Assembly (NCBI GenBank): GCA_024280015.1
Contig: JAJRQY010000140.1
Location: 66,299-130,298 of the forward strand
Source: Actinomycetes bacterium
GTDB lineage: Bacteria; Actinomycetota; Acidimicrobiia; Acidimicrobiales; SZUA-35
Length of the DNA stretch: 64,000 nt
Direction of reading: 5' to 3'
Shown: in pieces, positions 55,422 to 64,000 of the stretch
Numbering within the stretch: position 1 is the first letter of the stretch
How the letters are laid out: each line of letters starts with the position of its first letter
Program-made: the position numbers and the translations under genes
The notes under the pieces: model-generated
What the model was told of the DNA's origin: nothing
The model's database searches: none
The model's input: only the letters and a program-made list of their open reading frames with translations

Positions 55422-56321
55422 TTAGGTCCACTGTCCCATCAGCTTGGCAAACTCGTCTGCTGGACTAGCAGGGACGATGTAGCCCTCTTCGTTATTGATC
55501 GCGTCCCAGTCATCACGAACAGTCTCGACGGTGATGTCCTGGCCCCGAGCGGTGCCTTCGGTTAAGCCAATGAAGTACTTGGCGATGGTTCCACCAGCGG
55601 CGGAGTAGACGCAACCTGTGGTCTCGCAGTCTTCATGAGCCAGGTAAACAACCACGGGGGTAACCAGCCTTGGGTCAAGCTGCTCGGACATGGCGCCAAG
55701 CAATTCTTCGGTCATGCGGGTTTTGGCTACCGGAGCAATGGCGTTGGCCCGGATGTTGTACTTGGCTCCTTCTTGGGCCAGAACTCGGGTGAAGCCGACA
55801 AGGCCCATCTTGGCTGCGCCATAGTTGGCCTGACCAAAGTTGCCGAGCAGACCCGAGCTGGACGATGTGTTGACAATGGCTCCCGATCCTTGCTCGCGCA
55901 TGCGGATCCAGGCTGGCTGGGTGACATACATGGCACCACGCAGATGAACGTCGAGGACCAGAGTCATCATCTCTTCGGTCATATTGTGGAAGCTCTTGTC
56001 TCGCAAGATTCCGGCATTGTTCACCACAATGTCTATCTGACCAAAGGCGTCTATTGCGGTCTGCACGATGGCTTCGCCGCCTTCCTTGGAAGCAACAGAG
56101 TCTCCATTGGCTACAGCCTCGCCACCAATGGCTTCAATTTCCGCCACGACTTCCTCGGCTGGGCTCTTGGAACCGTCGCCGGTGCCGTCCACCGAGCCAC
56201 CAAGGTCGTTGACAACAACTCGGGCGCCCCGGCGGGCAAATTCCAGAGCATGTTCACGGCCGAGACCGCCACCAGCACCAGTGATGATTACTACTTTTCC
56301 TTCAAATCCGAGTTCTGCCAT
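55422..56321 (-). CDS. SDR family oxidoreductase (MFE-2-type 3-hydroxyacyl-CoA dehydrogenase-like)
   Basis: GKVVIITGAGGGLGREHALEFARRGARVVVNDLGG, NNAGI, and the YGAAK catalytic motif. Start at ATG 56321. Confidence 0.85.
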   Translation of the reverse strand: MAELGFEGKVVIITGAGGGLGREHALEFARRGARVVVNDLGGSVDGTGDGSKSPAEEVVAEIEAIGGEAVANGDSVASKEGGEAIVQTAIDAFGQIDIVVNNAGILRDKSFHNMTEEMMTLVLDVHLRGAMYVTQPAWIRMREQGSGAIVNTSSSSGLLGNFGQANYGAAKMGLVGFTRVLAQEGAKYNIRANAIAPVAKTRMTEELLGAMSEQLDPRLVTPVVVYLAHEDCETTGCVYSAAGGTIAKYFIGLTEGTARGQDITVETVRDDWDAINNEEGYIVPASPADEFAKLMGQWT

Positions 56322-56439
56322 CATTCTCTCCGCTTGTGACCCCAAAGGGGGTTGTTTGTCCGATGGCGTGAGCATAGATCGGTCAAGGGAGAACGAGCCA
56401 GATCAGGACTTGAAGTTCCTCGTCCTCTCGTTGGACGGA

Positions 56440-57477
56440 TCAGTTCTCGTCTGGTTCGGGCAGCCCGATGCAGACCATGCATTGTTGCTCAAAGGATGTG
56501 GCCAGGGCGGCTTCTCGGTCGGCTTCGGATTGGTAGGTTGGTTGATCATTGCGAGGGGTTCGGGTGTCGCCACCCGTTGACGCACTGGTTCCCTCAACAG
56601 TGGGTGAATGTTTGGCATCTTGACCTTGTCGGGTCCAAGACAAGGGATCCTGCTTCCAGTCGTCGTCAATCCAGCGATAGGGGAGTTGGGTCAGACCTGG
56701 CTCGGTCATGGTTAGTGCCGCCTGTAGTGCGTCGACAAGAATCGATCGTTGGGTTGGGGCATCCGCCATCGGACCAGACGTGTGGCCAAGCGGTACATCG
56801 AGGAAGGCGGTTCTTGGAGGGTTGGCCCGTTCGGTGATGGAACGAGCAGAAGATAGGCCAATGGTGGGGAAGCCGTTGGCTTCGAGGTGACGTGCGATCA
56901 GACCGACCGACTGGTGGCAAACCGGTCAAACGGGCACCAGCAGCACGAGGTCGGGTTCTTGCGCTTTCACCTGGGCAAGTATGTGCTCGGCAGTCTCGGC
57001 CATCAGTCGTCTGGTCGAGTAGATGCCGCCCATGAACCCGACAGCCTGGGGTGCCACCGCTGCGATGGTTCCGTCCTCGGCCAGATCCCGCAACCGGTCA
57101 AGGGGAAAGACACAGTTTGGATCCTGGGAAGCATCGGTCCAGTCATAAGCGAAATGGTTGATTCGCAAGTCGGCGGACGGCGTTTCAGCGGGGATCAGGC
57201 GGATGGAGGTGTCGTCCTTGGTGTGGAGGGCGACCTGGCCTCGCACATAGATCCCTCCCGAACCAATCAGCATGACGGTGCATTCGGACAAGGGCTTGTC
57301 AACGGGAACGAAGGCTGGTGTCTCGCTCCGCTCGGCCCAGGCATAGTCGGGGTAACCGAGACCTCCATACAATTTCTTGGTTTCAGCGATGTAGTCCGGG
57401 GCCGGCAGCGCCGATAATCCGGCAAGGACCTCACCGATAGTTCCTGGTGTCTCCGTTGTGTTACTCATCTGGCTCAC
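56440..57477 (-). CDS. GrdB/PrdB-family (glycine/sarcosine/betaine/D-proline reductase component B-like) protein, predicted selenoprotein with in-frame UGA at codon 184
   Basis: ORFs 56926..57477 and 56440..56769 are in the same frame, and I found no other stop between them. My translation across the junction is DLVLLVPV-U-PVCHQSVGLIARHLEANGFPTIGLSSARSITERANPPRTAFLDVPLGHTSGPM. The TGA falls in a U-x-x-C redox motif and the downstream sequence remains protein-like. Confidence 0.7.
56926..56928 (-). other. Predicted selenocysteine (UGA) codon
   Basis: The only stop in an otherwise open 346-codon frame. It sits at the first position of UPVC. Confidence 0.65.
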
Positions 57478-57490
57478 TTATTTGGATCGT

Positions 57491-59146
57491 CTAATCGAGG
57501 TCCGGGGCGTTCTCCGCCGCATAGGTGGACCATTTTTTGTAGTCAATCTTGCCATTGGCGGCTCGAGTTAAGGACTCAACCAGCAAGATCTGCTTGGGGG
57601 CCTTGTAGTGAGCGAGTGATCCCTTGACGTGATCAATGAGTTCGGTTGGGTCAACAGTGGAACCCGCACGATTCTCGACTACAGCGACGACGCGCTGGCC
57701 GAACCGGTCGTCGGGCACGCCGACCGCGATGGCGTCTTCGACATCTTCACTGGTCTTGAGCGCTTCTTCGACCTCTTCAGGGAACACCTTCTCGCCACCG
57801 GTATTGATACAAACGGAGCCTCGGCCGAGCAGGCTGATGGTGCCATCAGCCTCAACCGTTGCGTAGTCACCGGGAAGTGAATAGCGGACCCCATTGATGG
57901 TGGGGAAGGTTGCTTCGGTCTTGGCTTCATCCTTGTAGTAACCGACCGGCAATGTGCCCTGCACACCCAGGCGACCGAGGTCGCCGGATCCTGGCTTGAC
58001 CAGTTCGCCGTCGTCTCGAATAACCACTGCTCGATCTCCAAGGTCGAATTTGGCGGTAGTGGAGATGTTCTCTTTGGTGGAGAAGCTGGCCCCCATCCCA
58101 AGAGCCTCTGATGAGCTGAGGGCGTCATAGATCATCATGGTTGGCATATGGTCCAGCAAGCGTTCCTTGATGTCCTGGCTCCACATGACACCGGAGCTCA
58201 TGATGAGTTTGACCGAGGACAGGTCCCAATGATCAGGGTTGGCATCGAGCGCTTCCAGGATCGGTCGGGCGAACACGTCACCAACGATGACCAAGTTAGA
58301 CACCGAGTTGTTTTCGATGGCGGTCAGCAATTCGTCAACGTCATAGGCGCGCTGGGTCAAGGTCACAACCGTGCCGCCTTGGGTGAGTTGGCTGAGGCTG
58401 GTGATCTGACCGGTTCCGTGCATAAGGGGGGCACCAGGAAGGCCAACCGGACCAGCGGAGTCAGCCAAGGTGGCTCGCCACTGCTCCATCGTGACGTCGG
58501 GCCCGAGGGGGAGCGGATGAGTACGCGATCCCAACATGAGTAGGTCATGCTGGGTCCACATGACGCCCTTTGGCATGCCGGTTGTTCCGCCGGTGTACAA
58601 GAACCACAGATCGTCTCCTGAGCGGCCCCATGCAGCAGAAACGTTGTCCTCGGTGCCAGCAGCGCACGCGTCTTCCCAGGGCGTGGCCCATTCGGGGCAT
58701 GGCTCAGAGCCGTCCTCGACATGCAGCCAAAGCTTGACCTTGGGGCATCGCTCGCGGATGGTCTCGATAGTCGGCGTGAAGATGCCATGGAACATGACAA
58801 CGGCGGCATCGGAGTTGTCCCAAAGATAGAGCAACTCGTTCTCGGCGTAGCGGTAGTTGGTGTTGACGGGAACCAGAGAATCCTTGAAGCAGGCGAATAC
58901 GCCCTGCAAGTACTCTGGGCAGTTGTAGAGGTACTGGGCGACCTTGTCTTGGCGTTCGACCCCGGCATCCAGCATGGTCTTGGCCAGGCCGTTGGCTCGA
59001 CGATTGAAGTCAGTCCAGCTGATCTTGTCGTCGCCGTGTATCTGGGCCAGTTTGTCACCCCGCACTTCGGCACAGGTTTCCCACAGGTCTGCGTAGTTCC
59101 ATCCGGTCATAGGCACGGTGTAGCCGATGAGTGAGTCATCCGTCAC
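57491..59146 (-). CDS. Acyl-CoA synthetase (AMP-binding, FadD-like)
   Basis: LYTGGTTGMPKGVMW AMP-binding motif. GDYA...DGT and the C-terminal KAP...GKIDY motifs. Start is GTG 59146 or ATG 59110. Confidence 0.85.
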   Translation of the reverse strand: MTDDSLIGYTVPMTGWNYADLWETCAEVRGDKLAQIHGDDKISWTDFNRRANGLAKTMLDAGVERQDKVAQYLYNCPEYLQGVFACFKDSLVPVNTNYRYAENELLYLWDNSDAAVVMFHGIFTPTIETIRERCPKVKLWLHVEDGSEPCPEWATPWEDACAAGTEDNVSAAWGRSGDDLWFLYTGGTTGMPKGVMWTQHDLLMLGSRTHPLPLGPDVTMEQWRATLADSAGPVGLPGAPLMHGTGQITSLSQLTQGGTVVTLTQRAYDVDELLTAIENNSVSNLVIVGDVFARPILEALDANPDHWDLSSVKLIMSSGVMWSQDIKERLLDHMPTMMIYDALSSSEALGMGASFSTKENISTTAKFDLGDRAVVIRDDGELVKPGSGDLGRLGVQGTLPVGYYKDEAKTEATFPTINGVRYSLPGDYATVEADGTISLLGRGSVCINTGGEKVFPEEVEEALKTSEDVEDAIAVGVPDDRFGQRVVAVVENRAGSTVDPTELIDHVKGSLAHYKAPKQILLVESLTRAANGKIDYKKWSTYAAENAPDLD

Positions 59147-59168
59147 ATCGAGACGGGGTACTCATCGG

Positions 59169-60860
59169 TTAATCCCGTTCTTGGGAGAGCGCTTGAGCGG
59201 CCGCGTAGTCCGTCCAGCGTTGATAGCTGATCTTCCCGTTGGCCGCCCGTTCAAGCGAATCGACGACGAGGACCAGGCGAGGTGCCTTGTAGTGAGCAAG
59301 ATCGGACTTGACCTGGTTGATGGCCGCTTTGGTGTCCAAACCAGCTGGCGCATGAACAACCGCAGCAACTGTTTGGCCAAATCGGTCGTCGGGAATACCA
59401 ACGACGATGGCGTCACGGACTGTGTCTACGCGTTTGAGTGCTTCTTCTACTTCTTCGGGGAACACCTTCTCGCCCGCGGTGTTGATGCAGACTGAGCCTC
59501 GTCCCAACAGGTTGATGGTTCCGTCGTTCTCAATGGTGGCGTAGTCGCCGGGAATGGAGTATCGGATGCCGTTGACCGTCGGAAACGTGACGGCTGTTTT
59601 GGCGTCATCCTTGTAGTACCCAATCGGGGTGTGGCCCTGGACGCCGATTCTTCCGACGACTCCAGACCCGGGAACGACCAGGCTGCCATCGTCGTCGATG
59701 ACAACAGCGTTGACACTGAGCTTGAACGAAGCGGTGGCGGCGGCGGAGTCTTTGGAAGACACCGACGAGCCAACACCAAGAGCTTCCGATGACCCGTAAG
59801 CGTCGACGAGGATGAGCCGCGGATAGTGACCCAGAATGCCCTTCTTTGTCTCATTGCTCCAGATCACGCCGCTGGACAAGATGACGCGGAGTGAGGACAG
59901 GTCCCATCGGTCCGGCTCAGAATCGAGAGCATCAAGGATGGGGCGAGCAAAGGCGTCACCGACGATGAAGATGCTCTTGACTTGCTGGGCGGCGATGGTT
60001 TCCAACAACTCGGCAATGGAGAGCTTTCGTTCGGTCAGGGTGATAATCGAGCCTCCGAGCGAGAGGCTGTTGGCGCTATTGATCAAGCCGGTCCCGTGCA
60101 TCAGGGGGCAGGCGGGAATGCTGGCCGGTCCTGGTCGAGAAAGAACTCGGTCGCGTACCGCAGGAGAAAATCGCTCGCCTGTGCTGGCCTGCTCATGATC
60201 TGGTTTGGCCGGCAGACTGTCGCCGTTTGGACCATCGACGACCAGGAACAGATCGTCTTGACGCCACATGACACCTTTTGGCATCCCGGTTGTTCCTCCG
60301 GTGTAGATCAGAACGAGGTCATCACCACTCCGACCTTGCCGGCATCGAACAGCCCCGTCGGAAGGCGTGCCGCCGGCAACCCTGCTATCGGTACTTGTGG
60401 TGACCGCCTGCTCATAGGGAGTGGCCCAGTCAGGGCAGGGCCCGGATTGGTCGTCGACCCAGAGCCAGGTGTGGATCTTTGGAACTTCGCTTCGGAGGGA
60501 TTCGATGGTCTGAGTGAAGGCCCCATGAAAGACAACGGCGACGACATCGGCGTCCTCCCACAGATATGTCAACTCGTCCGGGCCGTAGCGATAGTTGGTG
60601 TTGACGTGAACAAGAGATGCTTTAGAGCACGCGTAGAACGTCTCCAAGTACTCAGGTCCGTTGTAGAGGAAGAACGCGACCTTGGCCTGATGGCCGCAAC
60701 CAGCGTTGAGAAGAAACTGAGCCAAGCAGTTGGCTCGATCGTCGAATTGCTGCCAAGTAACCGAGTGTTCGCCGTGCAGGAGAGCGGGTTTGCTTGGTTG
60801 GAGTTTGGCGAGAGTTTCCCAGATGTCGGCGTAAGTCCAGCCGGTTTCAACTTGCTTCAT
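59169..60860 (-). CDS. Acyl-CoA synthetase (AMP-binding, FadD-like), tandem paralog
   Basis: IYTGGTTGMPKGVMW. Collinear similarity to the downstream paralog from TGWTYADIWE to GKISYQRW. Start at ATG 60860. Confidence 0.85.
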   Translation of the reverse strand: MKQVETGWTYADIWETLAKLQPSKPALLHGEHSVTWQQFDDRANCLAQFLLNAGCGHQAKVAFFLYNGPEYLETFYACSKASLVHVNTNYRYGPDELTYLWEDADVVAVVFHGAFTQTIESLRSEVPKIHTWLWVDDQSGPCPDWATPYEQAVTTSTDSRVAGGTPSDGAVRCRQGRSGDDLVLIYTGGTTGMPKGVMWRQDDLFLVVDGPNGDSLPAKPDHEQASTGERFSPAVRDRVLSRPGPASIPACPLMHGTGLINSANSLSLGGSIITLTERKLSIAELLETIAAQQVKSIFIVGDAFARPILDALDSEPDRWDLSSLRVILSSGVIWSNETKKGILGHYPRLILVDAYGSSEALGVGSSVSSKDSAAATASFKLSVNAVVIDDDGSLVVPGSGVVGRIGVQGHTPIGYYKDDAKTAVTFPTVNGIRYSIPGDYATIENDGTINLLGRGSVCINTAGEKVFPEEVEEALKRVDTVRDAIVVGIPDDRFGQTVAAVVHAPAGLDTKAAINQVKSDLAHYKAPRLVLVVDSLERAANGKISYQRWTDYAAAQALSQERD

Positions 60861-60927
60861 CTGTGGAGCATGCTCGAAAGAGATCACTTCGGGCAACACG
60901 ACGGCCGAAAAGTGGGAGGATACATCG

Positions 60928-63900
60928 GTGAACAAACCGATCAAGAAGCTTCTCGTTGCTAACCGGGGCGAGATCGCCATCCGCATATTCCGAGCGGCCT
61001 ATGAGCTTGGAATCGAAACAGTCGCCATTTTCACCTGGGAGGATCGCCAATCGCTGCATCGACTCAAGGCCGATGAGGCTTACCAGATCGGAACGGTTGG
61101 CCACCCGTTGCGGCCATATCTTGACATCGACGAGATCATTCGAGCGGCACTGGCCGCCGATGCCGATGCGGTGCATCCTGGCTATGGCTTCTTGTCTGAA
61201 AGCCCAGAGCTTGCCGATGCCTGTGTCGCAGCAGGGCTTGTCTTTGTCGGACCACCGGGTCAGGTTTTGCGGTTGTGCGGCAACAAGATGAGGGCCCGGG
61301 CGCTGGCCTATGCCGCCGGTGTCCCTGTGCTGCAGCAATCCGAAGAGGTCACCGCGGAAACGGCGCTGGCCGCAGCCGAGCCGATTGGCTTTCCGATTTT
61401 CGTGAAGGCGGCCTCGGGTGGCGGTGGGCGAGGACTCAGGCGGGTTGATGATCCGGCCGACCTTTCAGCCGCGGTTGCGATGGCGCGTCGCGAAGCAGAA
61501 ACGGCTTTTGGAGACCCCACCGTCTTCTTGGAACAAGCCGTCATTGAACCTCGCCATATTGAGGTGCAGCTTGTTGGCGATGGTGAGGAGATTGTCCATC
61601 TCTTCGAGCGGGACTGTTCGGTTCAGAGGCGGCATCACAAGGTGGTTGAGATCGCGCCAGCGCCAAACCTTGATCCGGCGATTCGTGACCAGATGTGTTC
61701 TGAGGCGGTGAAGTTTGGGCATCACATCGGCTATGTCAACGCCGGAACCGTTGAGTTCTTGTTGCAGCAGGATGGTTCGTTTGTCTTTATTGAGATGAAT
61801 CCGCGCATCCAGGTTGAACACACGGTGACAGAGGAGACAACAGGAGTTGACCTGGTTCGTACCCAGATTCGGATTGCTGCCGGCGAATCCTTAGCCGGCG
61901 TTGGGCTGACGCAGGATTCGATACATCAGCAAGGTGCGGCACTGCAGTGTCGTATCACCACCGAAGATCCGGCCAACGACTTTCGGCCTGACACTGGCCG
62001 GATTCTGGCTTTTCGTCAGCCTGGTGGGGCCGGCATTCGCCTGGACGGCGGCGGCGGGTATTCCGGTGCGGAGATCACCCCATACTTCGATTCCCTCCTG
62101 ACCAAGCTCACGTGCCGAGGTCAGACTTTTGACGAGGCGGTTGCCCGATCCCGCCGAGCATTGGCTGAATTTCGTGTTCGTGGTCCTGCGACCAATATCG
62201 CCTTCATTCAGGGGGTCCTGGATTCCGAAGAGTTCAAGGCCGGGGGAGTAACAACCTCGTTCATCCAACGTCATCCTGAACTACTGAAAGCGAAGGAGGG
62301 CGGAGACCGGGCAACCAAGCTGCTTCGTTGGCTCGGTGACGTAACGGTGAATCGCCCCAACGGTGAAGGTCAGGGATGTGAGGATCCGACGAGCAAGTTG
62401 CCGCCCCGGCCGACGGTGGAGCCGGTTGCTGGTTCGAAACAGCGTCTGGACGAACTCGGCCCCGAAGCCTTTGCTACCTGGATGCGTCAATCGAAGCAAC
62501 TCCTGGTTACCGACACCACACTACGAGACGCCCACCAGTCAATCTTGGCCACCCGGGTCCGGACCTTTGACCTGGTAGCTGGGGCGCGGCATGTCGCCCA
62601 TCGCAGCCCCGGCCTGCTGAGCCTGGAATGCTGGGGTGGAGCGACCTATGACGTTGCGCTCCGCTTCTTACATGAGGATCCGTGGGAGCGTCTGGAGCGG
62701 CTTCGCGCTGCTGCTCCAAATATCTGTCTGCAGATGTTGTTGCGTGGCCGCAATACCGTTGGCTACTCGGCTTACCCCGATGTGGTGGCCGAGCGTTTCG
62801 TGGCCGAGGCGCACCGAACGGGAGTCGATATCTTCCGAGTATTTGATGCCCTCAACTCCGTGGAGCAGATGAAGCCAGCCATCGATGCCGTTGGGTCCGT
62901 CGGGGCGATTGCCGAAGGAACCCTTTGTTACACCGGCAATCTGGAAGACCCCACCGAGACCCTCCACACCCTTGACTACTACATGGGCATTGCCGAGCAA
63001 TTGGTTGAATCCGGCGTCCATGTGCTGTGTATCAAGGACATGGCTGGGCTCTTGCGACCTGGGGCCGCGCATCGTCTGGTTACTGCCTTGCGTGAACAGT
63101 TCAGCCAGATACCCGTGCATCTGCACACCCACGACACTGCTGGTGGGCAACTGGCGACCTACCTATCTGCATCCATGGCTGGAGTCGATGCCATTGATGC
63201 CGCGGCAGCACCATTGTCGGGGATGACCTCGCAGCCTTCCATTGCCGCGGTAGCCGCAGCTTTTGAGCATTCTGACGTCGAACCGGCGATCAGCCTGGAC
63301 GGCCTCGGCTTCTTGGAGCCGTTCTGGGAGGCCACCCGGCGGGTGTATGCCCCATTTGAGGCTGGCCTGTCCGCGCCGACCGGAACCGTCTACCAGCACG
63401 AAATCCCCGGGGGTCAGCTCTCAAACCTGCGCCAACAGGCGATTGCGGTTGGCCTCGGTGAACGGTTCGAGGACATCGAAGTGCTGTACGCGGCCTGTGA
63501 CCAGATGCTTGGTCGCATCATCAAGGTCACACCAACCTCCAAGGTGGTCGGTGATCTGGCCCTACAGTTGGCCGCCTCGGGACTCACTGTTGCTGATCTG
63601 GTGGCTGATCCCGCTTCCACCGATCTTCCTGACAGTGTGGTTGGGTTCCTCCACGGCGAACTGGGTGAGCCAGCGGCTGGATTTCCCGAACCATTCCGCT
63701 CGGCCGCTCTTGTTGGTCGACGGCCGCGGTCGACTCCGGAATCCTTGAGCGACGAGGACCTGCAAGCACTGGCTGGACCTGACGTTCGTGCTGCCCTCAG
63801 TCGCTTGCTCTTCCCCAAACCCTTCGCCAGCTTTGAAGAACATATTGAGGACTACGGCCAGCTGTCTCGACTCTCCAGCGACCTCTTCCTCTATGGGCTT

Positions 63901-64000
63901 GAGGTCGGGCAGCAAGATGTTTCCATCAGTTTGGAGCGCGGCGTTCAGCTTCTGGTTGGGCTTGATGCCATTGGCGAACCCGATGAGCGGGGTATGCGAC
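60928..64000 (+). CDS. pyc: Pyruvate carboxylase (5' portion; continues beyond the right edge)
   Basis: Not in the ORF track because no stop falls in the window. GTG 60928 follows RBS GGGAGGA. The translation starts VNKPIKKLLVANRGEIAIRIFRAAYELGIETVAIF (biotin carboxylase domain). It continues through the carboxyltransferase domain (LLVTDTTLRDAHQS...CIKDMAGLL...HLHTHDTAG). Confidence 0.92.
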   Translation, partial: MNKPIKKLLVANRGEIAIRIFRAAYELGIETVAIFTWEDRQSLHRLKADEAYQIGTVGHPLRPYLDIDEIIRAALAADADAVHPGYGFLSESPELADACVAAGLVFVGPPGQVLRLCGNKMRARALAYAAGVPVLQQSEEVTAETALAAAEPIGFPIFVKAASGGGGRGLRRVDDPADLSAAVAMARREAETAFGDPTVFLEQAVIEPRHIEVQLVGDGEEIVHLFERDCSVQRRHHKVVEIAPAPNLDPAIRDQMCSEAVKFGHHIGYVNAGTVEFLLQQDGSFVFIEMNPRIQVEHTVTEETTGVDLVRTQIRIAAGESLAGVGLTQDSIHQQGAALQCRITTEDPANDFRPDTGRILAFRQPGGAGIRLDGGGGYSGAEITPYFDSLLTKLTCRGQTFDEAVARSRRALAEFRVRGPATNIAFIQGVLDSEEFKAGGVTTSFIQRHPELLKAKEGGDRATKLLRWLGDVTVNRPNGEGQGCEDPTSKLPPRPTVEPVAGSKQRLDELGPEAFATWMRQSKQLLVTDTTLRDAHQSILATRVRTFDLVAGARHVAHRSPGLLSLECWGGATYDVALRFLHEDPWERLERLRAAAPNICLQMLLRGRNTVGYSAYPDVVAERFVAEAHRTGVDIFRVFDALNSVEQMKPAIDAVGSVGAIAEGTLCYTGNLEDPTETLHTLDYYMGIAEQLVESGVHVLCIKDMAGLLRPGAAHRLVTALREQFSQIPVHLHTHDTAGGQLATYLSASMAGVDAIDAAAAPLSGMTSQPSIAAVAAAFEHSDVEPAISLDGLGFLEPFWEATRRVYAPFEAGLSAPTGTVYQHEIPGGQLSNLRQQAIAVGLGERFEDIEVLYAACDQMLGRIIKVTPTSKVVGDLALQLAASGLTVADLVADPASTDLPDSVVGFLHGELGEPAAGFPEPFRSAALVGRRPRSTPESLSDEDLQALAGPDVRAALSRLLFPKPFASFEEHIEDYGQLSRLSSDLFLYGLEVGQQDVSISLERGVQLLVGLDAIGEPDERGMR

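Noticed and set aside
56352-56837. The plus-strand 161-aa ORF and minus-strand ORFs 56403..56669 and 56666..56929 in the apparent gap.
   Set aside because: They overlap the C-terminal half of the read-through GrdB-like frame and have Arg/Pro/Gly-rich, non-protein-like composition typical of off-frame ORFs in GC-rich DNA.
56440-57477. Reading the split GrdB-like gene as a pseudogene or as two independent ORFs.
   Set aside because: There is a single stop, and it falls exactly at the first position of an xxC redox motif. The downstream 156 nt plus the 109-aa ORF stay open and protein-like. Inactivation would more likely produce random stops or frameshifts. It is not fully excluded without selABCD and homolog alignment.
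59982-60962. The 326-aa plus-strand ORF, and the similar 55635..56339 and 43147..43851 ORFs.
   Set aside because: They are antisense to clearly identified genes (acyl-CoA synthetase, SDR and SPFH). These are GC-rich shadow ORFs.

Overview
This is a gene-dense, moderately high-GC chromosomal segment that looks actinobacterial. Supporting signs are an imuA'-imuB / dnaE2 SOS mutasome with Gram-positive-type LexA boxes, the mycothiol amidase Mca, and two F420-type luciferase-like oxidoreductases. I found no rRNA, tRNA, CRISPR array, transposase, integrase or prophage signature. Main blocks, left to right: (1) an ECF sigma / anti-sigma pair and small envelope proteins. (2) imuA'-imuB. (3) MFS, Zn-ADH and MarR. 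(4) a larC-larB-larE nickel-pincer cofactor operon with no larA. (5) thioredoxin and secreted lipoproteins, including a double spondin_N-like protein. (6) dnaE2. (7) typA. (8) a complete protocatechuate 4,5-cleavage cluster (ligA, B, C, J, K, I, U) with an embedded MFS and F420-LLM. (9) a Ca/Na antiporter. (10) a dctQMP TRAP transporter. (11) fcl plus Nudix. (12) an MgtE-like permease with a separate PhoU/TrkA-C regulator. (13) NfeD-stomatin. (14) mca. (15) a secreted nuclease. (16) a large HerA/YjgR-like ATPase. (17) a repeat-expanded Rv0909-like protein. (18) mug. (19) trmL. (20) PAP2. (21) an operon of two acyl-CoA synthetases, a GrdB/PrdB-family protein and an SDR. (22) the 5' part of pyruvate carboxylase. 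The most interesting observation is that ORFs 56926..57477 and 56440..56769 (minus strand) are one reading frame. A single TGA interrupts it exactly at a U-x-x-C motif (LVPV-U-PVCHQS), so this is probably a selenocysteine-containing orphan GrdB-like reductase that ORF callers split. Two real genes do not appear in the ORF track because they run off the window edges: the anti-sigma factor (1..551, minus) and pyruvate carboxylase (60928..64000, plus). All homology calls come from motif recognition by eye; no searches were run.
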